DNA of 54,886 nucleotides from Bacteroidales bacterium (lineage in GTDB: Bacteria; Bacteroidota; Bacteroidia; Bacteroidales; JAQUTK01), in assembly GCA_028691445.1 (NCBI GenBank), contig JAQUZH010000001.1, forward strand, positions 1 to 54,886, in the 5' to 3' direction. Below, one piece after another: positions 8,965 to 19,527 of this stretch (the stretch's first letter is position 1; every line of letters starts with the position of its first letter). The notes beneath the pieces are model-generated. The model made no database searches and was not told where the DNA came from. It saw nothing but the letters and a program-made list of their open reading frames with translations. Made by a program: the position numbers and the translations under genes.

Positions 8965-10488
8965 ATGTCTGAAAGTAAAAGAATTAAATCAGCATTAGTA
9001 TCTGTCTATCACAAAGATGGATTAGACTCTATTCTTCAGAAACTCCATCAAGAAGGAGTATCTTTCATCTCAACCGGAGGAACTCAAAAATTTATCGAGT
9101 CTTTGGAAATCCCATGTAAAGCGGTTGAAGATCTGACTGGTTACCCTTCAATTCTTGGTGGACGTGTCAAGACTCTTCACCCGAAAGTCTTCGGAGGTAT
9201 TCTTGGAAGAAGAAGTGAAGAGAGTGACCTTTTGCAAATGGCACAATATGAAATTCCGGAAATAGATCTTGTTATTGTAGATCTTTATCCTTTCCAGGAA
9301 ACAGTAGCCTCTGGTGCTTCAGAAGCTGACATTATTGAGAAAATTGATATTGGAGGCATCTCTCTGATCCGTGCAGCAGCAAAAAACATGAAAGATGTAG
9401 TTATTATCGCATCAAAAGATCAATACAAACCTTTTGCAGATCTTATCGAAGAAAAAGGTGCCAACACTACCCTTGAAGACCGTAAATGGTTTGCGAAAGA
9501 AGCTTTTGCTGTTTCCTCTCTGTATGATTCTGCCATTTTCAACTACTTCGATGAAGAAGAAGGAGGAGCATTTCGTAAAGCGGTAAATGATAGCAAGCAC
9601 CTTCGTTATGGAGAAAACCCACACCAAAGAGCAACATTCTACGGCAAGTTTGACGAAATGTTTGAGCAGTTGCAAGGAAAAGAAATATCATACAACAATT
9701 TATTGGATATTGATGCCGCTATTACTTTAATCAGTGAATTTGAGGATACAACTTTTGCTATTCTCAAACACAACAATGCATGCGGAATCGCCTCAGATCC
9801 CATCTTAGTCGAAGCATGGCGCAAAGCATTAGCCGGTGATCCTGTTTCTGCTTTCGGAGGTATCCTGGTTACAAATGCCGTCATTGACAAAGAGACGGCG
9901 GAAGAGGCAAACAAAATTTTCTTTGAAGTGATCATCGCTCCTGATTACGATGTAGAAGCTCTTGAAATACTATCTCAGAAAAAGAATCGCATTATCCTGA
10001 TCCAAAAAGAAATAAAACTACAAAAGAAGCAATTCCGTTCCTTGCTGAACGGTGTTCTGACTCAAGAAAGAGATGCTAAAATTGAAACTCCGGAAGAATT
10101 AAAACCTGTAACCAGCCGCAAACCGACCGACAGCGAAATCGAAGATCTGCTATTCGCCAACAAGCTCGTAAAAAACAGCAAATCCAATGCAATTGTTCTT
10201 GCTAAAAACAAACAGTTGTATGCAAGTGGCGTAGGACAGACTTCACGCGTTGACGCTTTGAAACAGGCCATTGAAAAAGCAAAATCTTTTGGTTTTGATT
10301 TAAATGGAGCCGTCATGGCATCAGACGCGTTCTTCCCTTTCCCTGATTGTGTGGAAATTGCACACAACGAAGGGATAAATACTGTCATCCAACCCGGAGG
10401 TTCAATCAATGACAGTAAATCAATCGCTTATTGCGAAGAGAATAATATGGCGATGGTCACAACGGGATTCAGACACTTCAAACATTAA
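8965..10488 (+). CDS. purH: Bifunctional AICAR transformylase / IMP cyclohydrolase
   Basis: 507 aa. MGS-like N-terminus ALVSVYHKDGL...STGGT, then KTLHPKVFGGIL and the C-terminal AICARFT domain ending GFRHFKH. Confidence 0.95.
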   Translation: MSESKRIKSALVSVYHKDGLDSILQKLHQEGVSFISTGGTQKFIESLEIPCKAVEDLTGYPSILGGRVKTLHPKVFGGILGRRSEESDLLQMAQYEIPEIDLVIVDLYPFQETVASGASEADIIEKIDIGGISLIRAAAKNMKDVVIIASKDQYKPFADLIEEKGANTTLEDRKWFAKEAFAVSSLYDSAIFNYFDEEEGGAFRKAVNDSKHLRYGENPHQRATFYGKFDEMFEQLQGKEISYNNLLDIDAAITLISEFEDTTFAILKHNNACGIASDPILVEAWRKALAGDPVSAFGGILVTNAVIDKETAEEANKIFFEVIIAPDYDVEALEILSQKKNRIILIQKEIKLQKKQFRSLLNGVLTQERDAKIETPEELKPVTSRKPTDSEIEDLLFANKLVKNSKSNAIVLAKNKQLYASGVGQTSRVDALKQAIEKAKSFGFDLNGAVMASDAFFPFPDCVEIAHNEGINTVIQPGGSINDSKSIAYCEENNMAMVTTGFRHFKH

Positions 10489-10511
10489 TAGACAACTAGT
10501 TTAATAAATAT

Positions 10512-11531
10512 ATGGGATTATTCTCGTTTACACAAGAAATCGCAATGGACCTTGGTACGGCCAACACGATCATTATCAGCAATGGTAAGATCGTTGTCGA
10601 CGAACCGTCTGTTGTTGCGCTGGATAGAAGAACCAACCGCCCGATCGCCGTTGGTGAAAAAGCTCGTATGATGCATGGAAAGACGCATGAAAACATCCGA
10701 ACAGTCAGACCTCTCAGAGACGGTGTGATCGCAGACTTCGAGGCTTGCGAACACATGATACGCGGACTGATCAAAATGGCGTTTCCAAAGAAGCATTTCT
10801 TCCCGACTTCTTTACGCATGGTTGTGTGTATTCCTTCCGGAAGTACAGAGGTTGAAATTCGTGCGGTCCGCGACTCTGCAGAACATGCGGATGCAAGGGA
10901 TGTCTATATGATTTACGAACCAATGGCTGCTGCCATCGGAATCGGGATTGACGTAGAGGCTCCGGAAGGAAACATGATTGTGGATATAGGTGGTGGATCA
11001 ACGGAAATTGCTGTTATTTCCTTAGGTGGTATTGTGTCAAATAAATCCATTCGTATTGCAGGAGATGACCTGACAGCAGATATCGTCGAATATATGGGAC
11101 GACAACACAATGTCCGTGTAGGTGAAATTACGGCTGAACAAATCAAGATCAATGTCGGAGCTGCTATTACTGAGTTGGAAGATGCTCCTGAAGACTTTAT
11201 TGTGCATGGGCCAAACCGCATGACATCGCTTCCAATGGAAGTGCCTGTCTCCTATCAGGAAATAGCTCACTGTCTGGAAAAATCAATTTCTAAGATTGAA
11301 ACGGCTGTTCTTGGTGCTTTGGAAAACACACCTCCTGAATTGTATGCTGATATCGTTCGTAACGGAATATATCTGGCTGGTGGTGGTGCGTTACTACGGG
11401 GATTAGACAAACGTCTGACTGATAAAATCAACATTCCGTTCCATATTGCTGAAGATCCTCTCCGTGCTGTTGCAAGAGGAACAGGGATTGCGCTAAAGAA
11501 TGTGGGCAAATTCCAGTTCCTGATGAGATAA
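10512..11531 (+). CDS. mreB: Rod shape-determining actin homologue MreB
   Basis: 339 aa. Contains DLGTANT, DIGGGSTE and GGGALLRGLD actin-fold motifs. Confidence 0.95.
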   Translation: MGLFSFTQEIAMDLGTANTIIISNGKIVVDEPSVVALDRRTNRPIAVGEKARMMHGKTHENIRTVRPLRDGVIADFEACEHMIRGLIKMAFPKKHFFPTSLRMVVCIPSGSTEVEIRAVRDSAEHADARDVYMIYEPMAAAIGIGIDVEAPEGNMIVDIGGGSTEIAVISLGGIVSNKSIRIAGDDLTADIVEYMGRQHNVRVGEITAEQIKINVGAAITELEDAPEDFIVHGPNRMTSLPMEVPVSYQEIAHCLEKSISKIETAVLGALENTPPELYADIVRNGIYLAGGGALLRGLDKRLTDKINIPFHIAEDPLRAVARGTGIALKNVGKFQFLMR

Positions 11532-11603
11532 ATCTCTGTAATAAGGGATTGGGCTGAACCAAACAATGTACATGTTGTTGTATGTTGTTAGTAAATTGTG
11601 TAA

Positions 11604-12440
11604 ATGGACAATCTGATAAACTTCATTGTAAAGCATGGGGCATGGATTCTTTTTATCCTGCTCCAGACTTTATGCATTGTACTGATTTATAATGACAACC
11701 CGTATCAACGAAGTGTTTTGTTATCTTCGGGCAATCAGATGACCGGATCAATATATAAAACAGCCAATCTTGTTACCGGTTATTTCTATCTACGCTCAGA
11801 AAACAAAGAGATTCTCCAAAAAAACATAGAATTAGAGCACGAAGTTTTTAGACTAAGAGAGGCATTAAACAAGCAAGTGTCCTCATCTATTGCTTATGAC
11901 ACAACGGTAACAGCCCCTTATCAAACTATCTTTGGTGAAGTGATAGACAACAGTGTTTCAAAAACTCATAACTACATCTTAATCAACAAAGGGAGCAAAG
12001 ACGGTATTAAGAAAGAGATGGGAGTCATCAACCAAAATGGGATTGTTGGAATAGTCAGTATGGTTTCTGAAAGCTACTCCATAGCGATCTCTCTTTTGAA
12101 TGCGAAATTGCATATAAGCTGCAAAGTCAAGGGGGATGGTTCGATCGGTTCATTGACCTGGCAAGGTGGAGATCCCTCTTTTGCTCTTTTAGAGGAACTT
12201 CCAAGACATACCCGGTTTTCACCGGGCGACACGATAATCACCAGTGGCTTTTCTGCAATATTTCCGGAAGGTATTATGGTGGGCACTATCGACAAACCTT
12301 CCACGAACAAACAAGACCTGAATACTTTAATTATCAAATTATCAACAGACTTCTATCGTCTGAAGAATGTTTGTGTTATCGGAAATGAGCATATCAATGA
12401 GATTCGTGAGCTAGAGAAGGAGGCCAAGAAAAATGACTAG
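11604..12440 (+). CDS. mreC: Rod shape-determining protein MreC
   Basis: 278 aa. N-terminal TM segment, a coiled-coil segment and a beta-rich C-terminal domain (GDTIITSG...FPEGIMVG), in the position after mreB. Confidence 0.85.
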   Translation: MDNLINFIVKHGAWILFILLQTLCIVLIYNDNPYQRSVLLSSGNQMTGSIYKTANLVTGYFYLRSENKEILQKNIELEHEVFRLREALNKQVSSSIAYDTTVTAPYQTIFGEVIDNSVSKTHNYILINKGSKDGIKKEMGVINQNGIVGIVSMVSESYSIAISLLNAKLHISCKVKGDGSIGSLTWQGGDPSFALLEELPRHTRFSPGDTIITSGFSAIFPEGIMVGTIDKPSTNKQDLNTLIIKLSTDFYRLKNVCVIGNEHINEIRELEKEAKKND

Positions 12441-12939
12441 AACAATCTATACAATCACATCTCTTTTTATCATTCTCTTCCTTTTTCAGATTCTGATATT
12501 CAATCACATTCATCTGTTTGGAATAGGCACGCCTTTCCTGTATATATATTGCATCCTTTGTTTGCCCAATACGATTGGCAAGAGTGCTCAAGTGCTTATC
12601 TCCTTCGTGATTGGTTTTCTTTTGGATCTTTTCAGCAACTCTCCGGGGATGAATGCCTCTGCAACACTCTGCCTGGGTCTGCTCAACCCGTATCTTTTCA
12701 GAATATTCATGCCGATATATGACTCCGAAAGCTCAGAAGCATCTATACAGCATTTCGGATTCAGATCCTATTTTTATTATGCCGGCATCAGCACCATTGT
12801 TCACCAAACCGTACTCATCCTCATTGAAACGGGCTCTTTTGATCATCCCTTATTGACTCTCTCACGTATTGGGTTAAATTCCCTGCTTACACTGATATTG
12901 ATTCTGGTTACGGACAGCATATATCATTCCTCAAAGTGA
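12433..12939 (+). CDS. mreD: Rod shape-determining protein MreD
   Basis: 168 aa polytopic membrane protein. It overlaps mreC by 8 nt and mrdA by 4 nt, the canonical position. Confidence 0.7.
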   Translation: MTRTIYTITSLFIILFLFQILIFNHIHLFGIGTPFLYIYCILCLPNTIGKSAQVLISFVIGFLLDLFSNSPGMNASATLCLGLLNPYLFRIFMPIYDSESSEASIQHFGFRSYFYYAGISTIVHQTVLILIETGSFDHPLLTLSRIGLNSLLTLILILVTDSIYHSSK

Positions 12940-14768
12940 GACCCAATGAATTAATCAATAGACGGACTGTTTTTCAGACAGCGATAGTACTGGTATTCAT
13001 CATACTGCTGTCTCAATTATTCTATCTCCAGGTATTACGTGAGGACTTTAAGAAATTTGCCGATAGCAACGCATTTCTGAACCGGACAATCTACCCGTCC
13101 AGAGGAATGATTTATGACCGAAACGGCAAACTCCTTGTTTATAATCGTCCGGCCTATGACATCATTGTCATTATGAATGAGATTGAGCCTTTTGATACAC
13201 TCGACTTTTGTCACACGATACATATTACAAAAGAGCAGTACATCAATCGAATCAAAGAGCTCAAAGACAGAAGAAAAAATCCCGGATATTCTTCCTATAC
13301 CCAACAGATACTTTATACGCAAGTTTCTGCTGAAGAATACGGAATACTTCAGGAAAAGCTCTATAAGTTTCCGGGGTTCTATGTACAGAGCCGAACCATA
13401 CGTGAATATGGCGATTCCATTGGCGCACATATTCTTGGAGACATTGGCGAAGTTAATAAGAGAGATATTGAAAACGATAATTACTATGTCCCAGGAGACT
13501 ATTCAGGTCGTTCAGGAGTAGAGAAATCATACGAAGAGGTACTTCGTGGAGAAAAAGGCGTGGAAATCATGCTTCGTGATGCTCACGGAAGGCTCAAAGG
13601 ACGATACGAGAACGGGATACATGATGAAGATGCACATGCAGGAAAGAATATTCATTTGAGCATTGATTCTGAGCTTCAAAGATACGGCGAACTATTGATG
13701 AAGAATAAAACCGGTAGTATCGTTGCAATAGATCCTGAAACAGGAGGAATTCTTTGTTTGGTATCCACTCCTACTTATAATCCCAACTTGCTGATTGGAA
13801 GGCATCGGGGAAAGAATCACGTTGAGCTAAGCAAGGACCCAGCAAAACCTCTCTTTAACAGAGCTCTGATGGCGCAATACCCACCGGGGTCAACCTTTAA
13901 ACCGGCTCAATCACTGGTTTTCTTGCAAGAAGGAGCTATAACCCCTTCAACAGCATTCTACTGTTGGGGCAAGGGAGGTCGTCCGGCTTGTCACCCTCAC
14001 CCATCGCCTATTTCATTAATTCCGGCACTTGCCACATCGTGCAATGTGTTTCCCTATTTCGCATTACGCATCGTATTCGGAAACAAGACCAAATATCCGA
14101 CGATACAAGATGCGATGAACTCATGGAGAGATTACATGGTCTCTATGGGGTTTGGATATGCTCTTGGAGTCGATCTGCCGGGTGAAAAACGAGGATTAAT
14201 TCCAAACAGTCGCTTTTATGATAAAATCTATGGACCAAACGGGTGGAAATATAACACAATATACTCCATCTCTATCGGACAGGGAGAAGTAAATCTAACT
14301 CCTATTCAGATTGCCAATCTGGCTGCACAAATAAGCAATCGCGGCTGGTACTACCCTCCTCACATCGTAAAAGAGGTGGAAGAAGGTCAGCTGGACTCAA
14401 TCTATACACATAAAAAACATACGCTGATAGATAGCAAAAATTATGAAGCTATCATACAGGGTATGCACGGAGCAGTCACAGAAGGCACCTGCCGTGGAGC
14501 TCAGATCGATTCCATCAATGTATGCGGAAAAACAGGAACCGCACAAAACCGTGGAGAAGACCACTCCATCTTCATGGGATTTGCTCCCATGGAAAAGGCC
14601 AGAATAGCCATTTCCGTTTATGTAGAAAATGGCGGATTCGGTGCACGCTGGGCAGTTCCTATTGGAGGACTTATGATGGAAAAATACCTCAAAGGCTCTA
14701 TTCCTGAAAATAGGAAGTGGGTAGAAGAGAAGATGATTAATGGAATAGTAAAGACATATGGGTTTTAG
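12936..14768 (+). CDS. mrdA: Penicillin-binding protein 2 (elongasome transpeptidase)
   Basis: 610 aa. Active-site SxxK (PGSTFKP) and KTG (CGKTGTAQ) motifs, with an N-terminal TM anchor. Confidence 0.9.
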   Translation: MRPNELINRRTVFQTAIVLVFIILLSQLFYLQVLREDFKKFADSNAFLNRTIYPSRGMIYDRNGKLLVYNRPAYDIIVIMNEIEPFDTLDFCHTIHITKEQYINRIKELKDRRKNPGYSSYTQQILYTQVSAEEYGILQEKLYKFPGFYVQSRTIREYGDSIGAHILGDIGEVNKRDIENDNYYVPGDYSGRSGVEKSYEEVLRGEKGVEIMLRDAHGRLKGRYENGIHDEDAHAGKNIHLSIDSELQRYGELLMKNKTGSIVAIDPETGGILCLVSTPTYNPNLLIGRHRGKNHVELSKDPAKPLFNRALMAQYPPGSTFKPAQSLVFLQEGAITPSTAFYCWGKGGRPACHPHPSPISLIPALATSCNVFPYFALRIVFGNKTKYPTIQDAMNSWRDYMVSMGFGYALGVDLPGEKRGLIPNSRFYDKIYGPNGWKYNTIYSISIGQGEVNLTPIQIANLAAQISNRGWYYPPHIVKEVEEGQLDSIYTHKKHTLIDSKNYEAIIQGMHGAVTEGTCRGAQIDSINVCGKTGTAQNRGEDHSIFMGFAPMEKARIAISVYVENGGFGARWAVPIGGLMMEKYLKGSIPENRKWVEEKMINGIVKTYGF

Positions 14769-16215
14769 AAAAACAAGCGTATGGCACAATGTGGACTGGA
14801 TCACCATCGTCCTCTATCTTGCGATCGTAATCGTGGGTTGGGGATGCGTGTATAGTGCCGGCTATAACTTTGACAACGCGAGTATTTTTGACATTGATCA
14901 GCGGTTTGGCAAACAACTGATCTGGATTGGAATATGCATAATCACTGCCATGGCACTACTCCTTATTGATAGTGACTTCTACCAATATTTCTCGTACTTC
15001 ATCTATGCGATTATTATCCTCATCCTGATTGCAACCATCTTTCTCGCTGAGGATGTCAAAGGATCCCGCTCGTGGCTGACGTTAGGTCCGCTGACCGTTC
15101 AGCCGGCTGAGTTTGCAAAGTTTGCCACAGCCTTGGCTTTAGCCACCTTTATGAACTCGTACAACTTCAAACTGTTTTCTTTACAAAACGCCTTAGCCTC
15201 GGGTGCCATCATACTACTGCCAATGGCTTTGATATTACTTCAAAAGGAAACAGGTTCAGCGCTGGTATTTGCCGCCTTTCTACTCGTTTTATACAGAGAG
15301 GGAATGTCCGGCATGATACTATACTCCGGGTTGCTCGCGGTAACAATATTTATACTTAGTATTAAGTTTGGAGGCGTAATGATTTCTGGCACCACCTCTT
15401 TTGGCGAAGTAAGCATTGTTGTTCTGACTCTACTATCCGGAATAGTCATGCTGTGGATGTATCAACCGACCAAAGGAAAAATACGAATCCTGCTTCTTAA
15501 GATAATCGCTTTCTTCGCACTTGTTACCTTCCTACTCGTTCTGACTCCTCTAAAAATAAGTTATGCCATTCCCGGATATGCATGTATTGCTGTCTGCGCT
15601 CTTATTCTTCTCTATTATGCGTTTCTTGATAAGATACGCGATTTTGGTCTGATTGGTCTCCTTATGGCCTGTTCCATCGCATTTATGTTTTCAGTAAATT
15701 ATCTCTTCTACAATGTGCTTCAACCACACCAACGGATTCGCATAGAAGTACTGCTTGGACTGAAGGAAGACCTGAATGGAGCAGGATATAACGTCAACCA
15801 ATCCAAAATAGCAATCGGCTCAGGAGGTCTAACGGGAAAAGGTTTCTTAAACGGCACTCAAACCAAACTAAAATATGTGCCGGAACAAGACACCGACTTC
15901 ATTTTCTGTACCGTAGGAGAAGAGAAAGGGTTTATGGGTGTCACCATCGTGCTCGGTCTCTATTTAGCACTGTTACTCCGACTGATCGCTCTTGCCGAGA
16001 GACAACGATACGCTTTTGGTCGAGTATATGGATACTCCGTTGTAAGTATTTTACTCTTTCATATTACAGTGAACGTAGGAATGGTGATCGGTCTACTACC
16101 TGTCATTGGCATACCTTTACCTTTATTGAGTTATGGAGGCTCCTCTTTATGGGCATTTACCATTCTACTCTTTATTTTCCTGAGCATCGACGCACAAACA
16201 AAACCGAGCTATTAA
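14758..16215 (+). CDS. rodA: SEDS family peptidoglycan polymerase RodA
   Basis: 485 aa. Contains SRSWLTLGPLTVQPAEFAKF, QSKIAIGSGGLTGKGF and PEQDTDFIF. Overlaps mrdA by 11 nt. Confidence 0.9.
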   Translation: MGFRKTSVWHNVDWITIVLYLAIVIVGWGCVYSAGYNFDNASIFDIDQRFGKQLIWIGICIITAMALLLIDSDFYQYFSYFIYAIIILILIATIFLAEDVKGSRSWLTLGPLTVQPAEFAKFATALALATFMNSYNFKLFSLQNALASGAIILLPMALILLQKETGSALVFAAFLLVLYREGMSGMILYSGLLAVTIFILSIKFGGVMISGTTSFGEVSIVVLTLLSGIVMLWMYQPTKGKIRILLLKIIAFFALVTFLLVLTPLKISYAIPGYACIAVCALILLYYAFLDKIRDFGLIGLLMACSIAFMFSVNYLFYNVLQPHQRIRIEVLLGLKEDLNGAGYNVNQSKIAIGSGGLTGKGFLNGTQTKLKYVPEQDTDFIFCTVGEEKGFMGVTIVLGLYLALLLRLIALAERQRYAFGRVYGYSVVSILLFHITVNVGMVIGLLPVIGIPLPLLSYGGSSLWAFTILLFIFLSIDAQTKPSY

Positions 16216-16238
16216 ATTACAGATAATACACAACAAGC

Positions 16239-16874
16239 ATGATCAGAGCAGTACTATTTGATTTTGACGGAGTTATTGCAAATACAGAACCTTTGTACGA
16301 CCTTTTTTGGAATGAAGCAGCCGAAAGATATCACATTGGCATCCCGCACTTCGCATCACGTATCAAAGGAACAACCATGCCACATATTTTGGCAACCTAC
16401 TTTGCTAATCACTCAGAAGAAGAGCGGCAACGTCTCCAACTGGAATGCGATGCATTTGAACAAAACATAGATTACACAGAGATACCGGGAGCTAAAGCAT
16501 TTATTCAAGAACTGCAGAGTCAAAACATCCTGATGGCATTAGTGACAAGTTCGAAGCAAAGTAAGATGAAACGTGCGCTCAAGGAACTCTCTCTTGAACA
16601 AACATTCGACACCATCGTAACGGCTGACCGTATCACAAAAGGGAAACCGGATCCTTTCTGCTACCAACTGGCAGCAAAAGACTTACATTTACAACCGAGC
16701 GAGTGTCTGGTTTTGGAAGACTCTCTGGCAGGTATTGCAGCGGGAACAGCAGCCGGAATGAGAGTAATTGGTCTGAGTACTACGCTACCGGCAGAAAAAC
16801 TAGTAGACAAAGTGGATCGCATTATCCCGGACTTTACAACAGTTACCTGGACAGATCTTTGCGGCTGGGTGTAA
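16239..16874 (+). CDS. HAD-IA family hydrolase (beta-phosphoglucomutase-like phosphatase)
   Basis: 211 aa. Has the DxDG nucleophile motif (LFDFDGVI), TSS, and K...EDSLAGI. Confidence 0.8.
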   Translation: MIRAVLFDFDGVIANTEPLYDLFWNEAAERYHIGIPHFASRIKGTTMPHILATYFANHSEEERQRLQLECDAFEQNIDYTEIPGAKAFIQELQSQNILMALVTSSKQSKMKRALKELSLEQTFDTIVTADRITKGKPDPFCYQLAAKDLHLQPSECLVLEDSLAGIAAGTAAGMRVIGLSTTLPAEKLVDKVDRIIPDFTTVTWTDLCGWV

Positions 16875-17424
16875 TCAGTTCGTCCTCTGAAATAACATAA
16901 TCCATCGGCACATCCCATTCATCTGCCGGCACGTTTTCCGCTATCTGAAAGTCAAAGCAGACTCCGGCTTTGACACATCTCAGGAGAGGCAAGACTCGAT
17001 CATAATATCCCTTACCCCGTCCGAGCCGAAAGCCCTGATGATCGAAAGCAACACCCGGAACCAGTGCGAAATCTATCACATTGTAATCCACACAAAGAGC
17101 TCCTTGCGGTTCGAGAATATGGAAAGCGCCTGTTTTCAGTCTATGATCAGGAGAAAACAAACGAAGTTTCATCTCTCCCTCTTCAATGACCGGAAGGTAT
17201 ATCTCCTTTGTGTCAGACCACTTCTTTACAAAAGCATGCGTAGCCACCTCATCGGGCATTGAATAATAGAGGAAGAGACACTTTGCATGAACAAACTCAG
17301 GTTGAAGCTCCAACTTTCGAAGGATCATTTCAGACCGTTCTTCCAATACAGAAGAAGAAAAACCTTTCTTCTTCAAGGCGATATGGTCCCTTAATTGTCG
17401 CTTCTTCTCCTTAATGCTGCACAT
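16843..17424 (-). CDS. 5-formyltetrahydrofolate cyclo-ligase
   Basis: 193 aa. Contains GVAFDHQGFRLGRGKGYYDR, the family signature. Confidence 0.85.
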   Translation of the reverse strand: MCSIKEKKRQLRDHIALKKKGFSSSVLEERSEMILRKLELQPEFVHAKCLFLYYSMPDEVATHAFVKKWSDTKEIYLPVIEEGEMKLRLFSPDHRLKTGAFHILEPQGALCVDYNVIDFALVPGVAFDHQGFRLGRGKGYYDRVLPLLRCVKAGVCFDFQIAENVPADEWDVPMDYVISEDELITPSRKDLSR

Positions 17425-19066
17425 TATTTAGCATGAGTTGTGGAGACACCGTCAATAATGGATTCGATTTCGTCTTCATTTCTTGCACAGCACGTTTATA
17501 GGTTGCATCCAATTGGAAGATGATCGGATAGTAAGCCTCATCACCCAAAAGATATTGACCAATAAAGGCTTTAATGTATGTATCAAGCATATTTCTCGAT
17601 ATGTCAATTAAATAAGGTCGCCGACTAATCCCCTTTGTTTCGGCATAATCTACAAAATCAGAAAGCAAATCCAGTTCATTCAGATACTGCAATAAAGGCC
17701 AATAATGATTGTACTCCTTCAACTCTTCAGCATGTGCTTCCACATAATTAAAAGAAAACATCGGAATTAAACCTTTTGTGATCACCGCTTTCGAATAGGT
17801 GGTCCATCCAAGCGAATCAAGAGGTACGAAGATATCAGGAGTAATGCCACCGCCTCCATAGACTACTCTTCCCGAAGGAGTTGTATAACGAAGAGAATCA
17901 TTCTGTTTGATGCTATCCTGGTTGGAGAACTCTCCGTGCAGATAACGTTGGTACACTTCATCTTCATATTCAGCGTCCTTGCCTGGTTTGTAAGGTTTTT
18001 GGATACAACGACCTGTCGGCGTATAATAGCGTGCTATGGTCAGCCGTATAGCAGATCCATCAGAGAAAGAAGGTTGACTTTGCACAAGTCCTTTTCCAAA
18101 CGAACGTCGACCAATAATCAGACCACGATCATTATCCTGGATAGCACCGGCAAAGATCTCACTGGCAGAAGCCGAAATTTCGTCAATCAGAACAATAACA
18201 GGAGCATTTTGGCAAGACCCTTCTCCATTGGAATAGGATTCATTGCGTGGATAGGCCTTTCCCTGGGTATAGACAATCAGTTTACCGGCAGGAAGAAACT
18301 CATTCACCATATTTATCGTCGCATCAAGAAAACCACCGGGATTATCTCTTAAGTCAATAATAAAGCCGTTACACTGTTGTTTTTTTAGTTTGGCGATAGC
18401 AAGTAAAAAGTCCTGATAGGTATTAGAACCAAACTGAGCAATCTTAATATACCCGATATCATCACTTACTTTATAGGAAACATCAACGCTACTAACAGGA
18501 ATATCGCCTCGTGTCACAGTCACAGATTTCAGTTCATCGAGATTCATCCGCCTGATACCCAGTTTCACCTTTGAATCTTTCTTGCCCCGAAGCTTCTTCA
18601 TTACTTCACCTTGTTTCAGGTTGATACCGGCATACAACGTATCATTGATCCTCACAATCCGGTCTCCCTTCAAAAGTCCGGCTTTCTCAGAAGGTCCCCC
18701 TGCGACCACTTCTGTTACAGTGATAGTATCTTCCTTCAGAATAAAAATGACGCCAATGCCACTGAATGTTCCTTCAAGCTCTTTATTAATAGCCTCAACA
18801 TCTTTTGAGGGAATATATTTTGAATGGGGATCTAACTCTGCCAATATATGCGGAATAGCCTTTTCAATGACTGAGGAATCACTCAACGAGTCAACATATT
18901 CACGATGAATCACATCCATAAGAAGATCAAGCTTATTCGAAGCCCCTTCTTTTCGTCCACCATTATTCAATGTATTTATCGTCAGATAATACCCCAAGAC
19001 GACCCCTCCGGCAATACAGAGCGCCATAATGAGAGGAAAAGACTTGTTTACTCCATTGATTTTCAT
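17411..19066 (-). CDS. S41 family C-terminal processing peptidase
   Basis: 551 aa. N-terminal TM segment, a PDZ-like segment, the catalytic region DEISASASEIFAGA, and a downstream Lys region. Confidence 0.9.
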   Translation of the reverse strand: MKINGVNKSFPLIMALCIAGGVVLGYYLTINTLNNGGRKEGASNKLDLLMDVIHREYVDSLSDSSVIEKAIPHILAELDPHSKYIPSKDVEAINKELEGTFSGIGVIFILKEDTITVTEVVAGGPSEKAGLLKGDRIVRINDTLYAGINLKQGEVMKKLRGKKDSKVKLGIRRMNLDELKSVTVTRGDIPVSSVDVSYKVSDDIGYIKIAQFGSNTYQDFLLAIAKLKKQQCNGFIIDLRDNPGGFLDATINMVNEFLPAGKLIVYTQGKAYPRNESYSNGEGSCQNAPVIVLIDEISASASEIFAGAIQDNDRGLIIGRRSFGKGLVQSQPSFSDGSAIRLTIARYYTPTGRCIQKPYKPGKDAEYEDEVYQRYLHGEFSNQDSIKQNDSLRYTTPSGRVVYGGGGITPDIFVPLDSLGWTTYSKAVITKGLIPMFSFNYVEAHAEELKEYNHYWPLLQYLNELDLLSDFVDYAETKGISRRPYLIDISRNMLDTYIKAFIGQYLLGDEAYYPIIFQLDATYKRAVQEMKTKSNPLLTVSPQLMLNNVQH

Positions 19067-19071
19067 ATCTA

Positions 19072-19509
19072 TTATTCGTTAATGTCGATAAATTCTACTT
19101 CAATACCGGCTCTCTTCAATAAATCAAGTCCATCCTCCAAACGATATTTTTCTGCATAGACCACTCGTTTTATTCCGGCCTGAATAATTAGTTTGGCACA
19201 TTCAATACAAGGGGAAGAGGTAACATACAGCGTCGAGTCCAAACTACTATTATTCGATTTAGCTACTTTTGATATGGCGTTTGCTTCAGCATGAAGGACA
19301 TAGGGATAGGTATGACCCTGCTCGTCTTCGCAAATATTTTCGAACCCTGAAGGGGTACCGTTATATCCGTCCGAGATGATCATTTGATCCTTTACCAAGA
19401 GTGCTCCTACCCTTCTACGTTGGCAGTAGGAGTTCTCAGACCAGATATACGCCATTTTCATATATCTTAAATCAACATCCAGTTTTCTTTTCTCTTTATA
19501 GTCCGTCAT
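19072..19509 (-). CDS. dCMP deaminase (ComEB-type)
   Basis: 145 aa. Zinc motifs HAEANA and PCIECAK. Confidence 0.9.
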   Translation of the reverse strand: MTDYKEKRKLDVDLRYMKMAYIWSENSYCQRRRVGALLVKDQMIISDGYNGTPSGFENICEDEQGHTYPYVLHAEANAISKVAKSNNSSLDSTLYVTSSPCIECAKLIIQAGIKRVVYAEKYRLEDGLDLLKRAGIEVEFIDINE

Positions 19510-19527
19510 ATTTCAAACAAGAAATTA

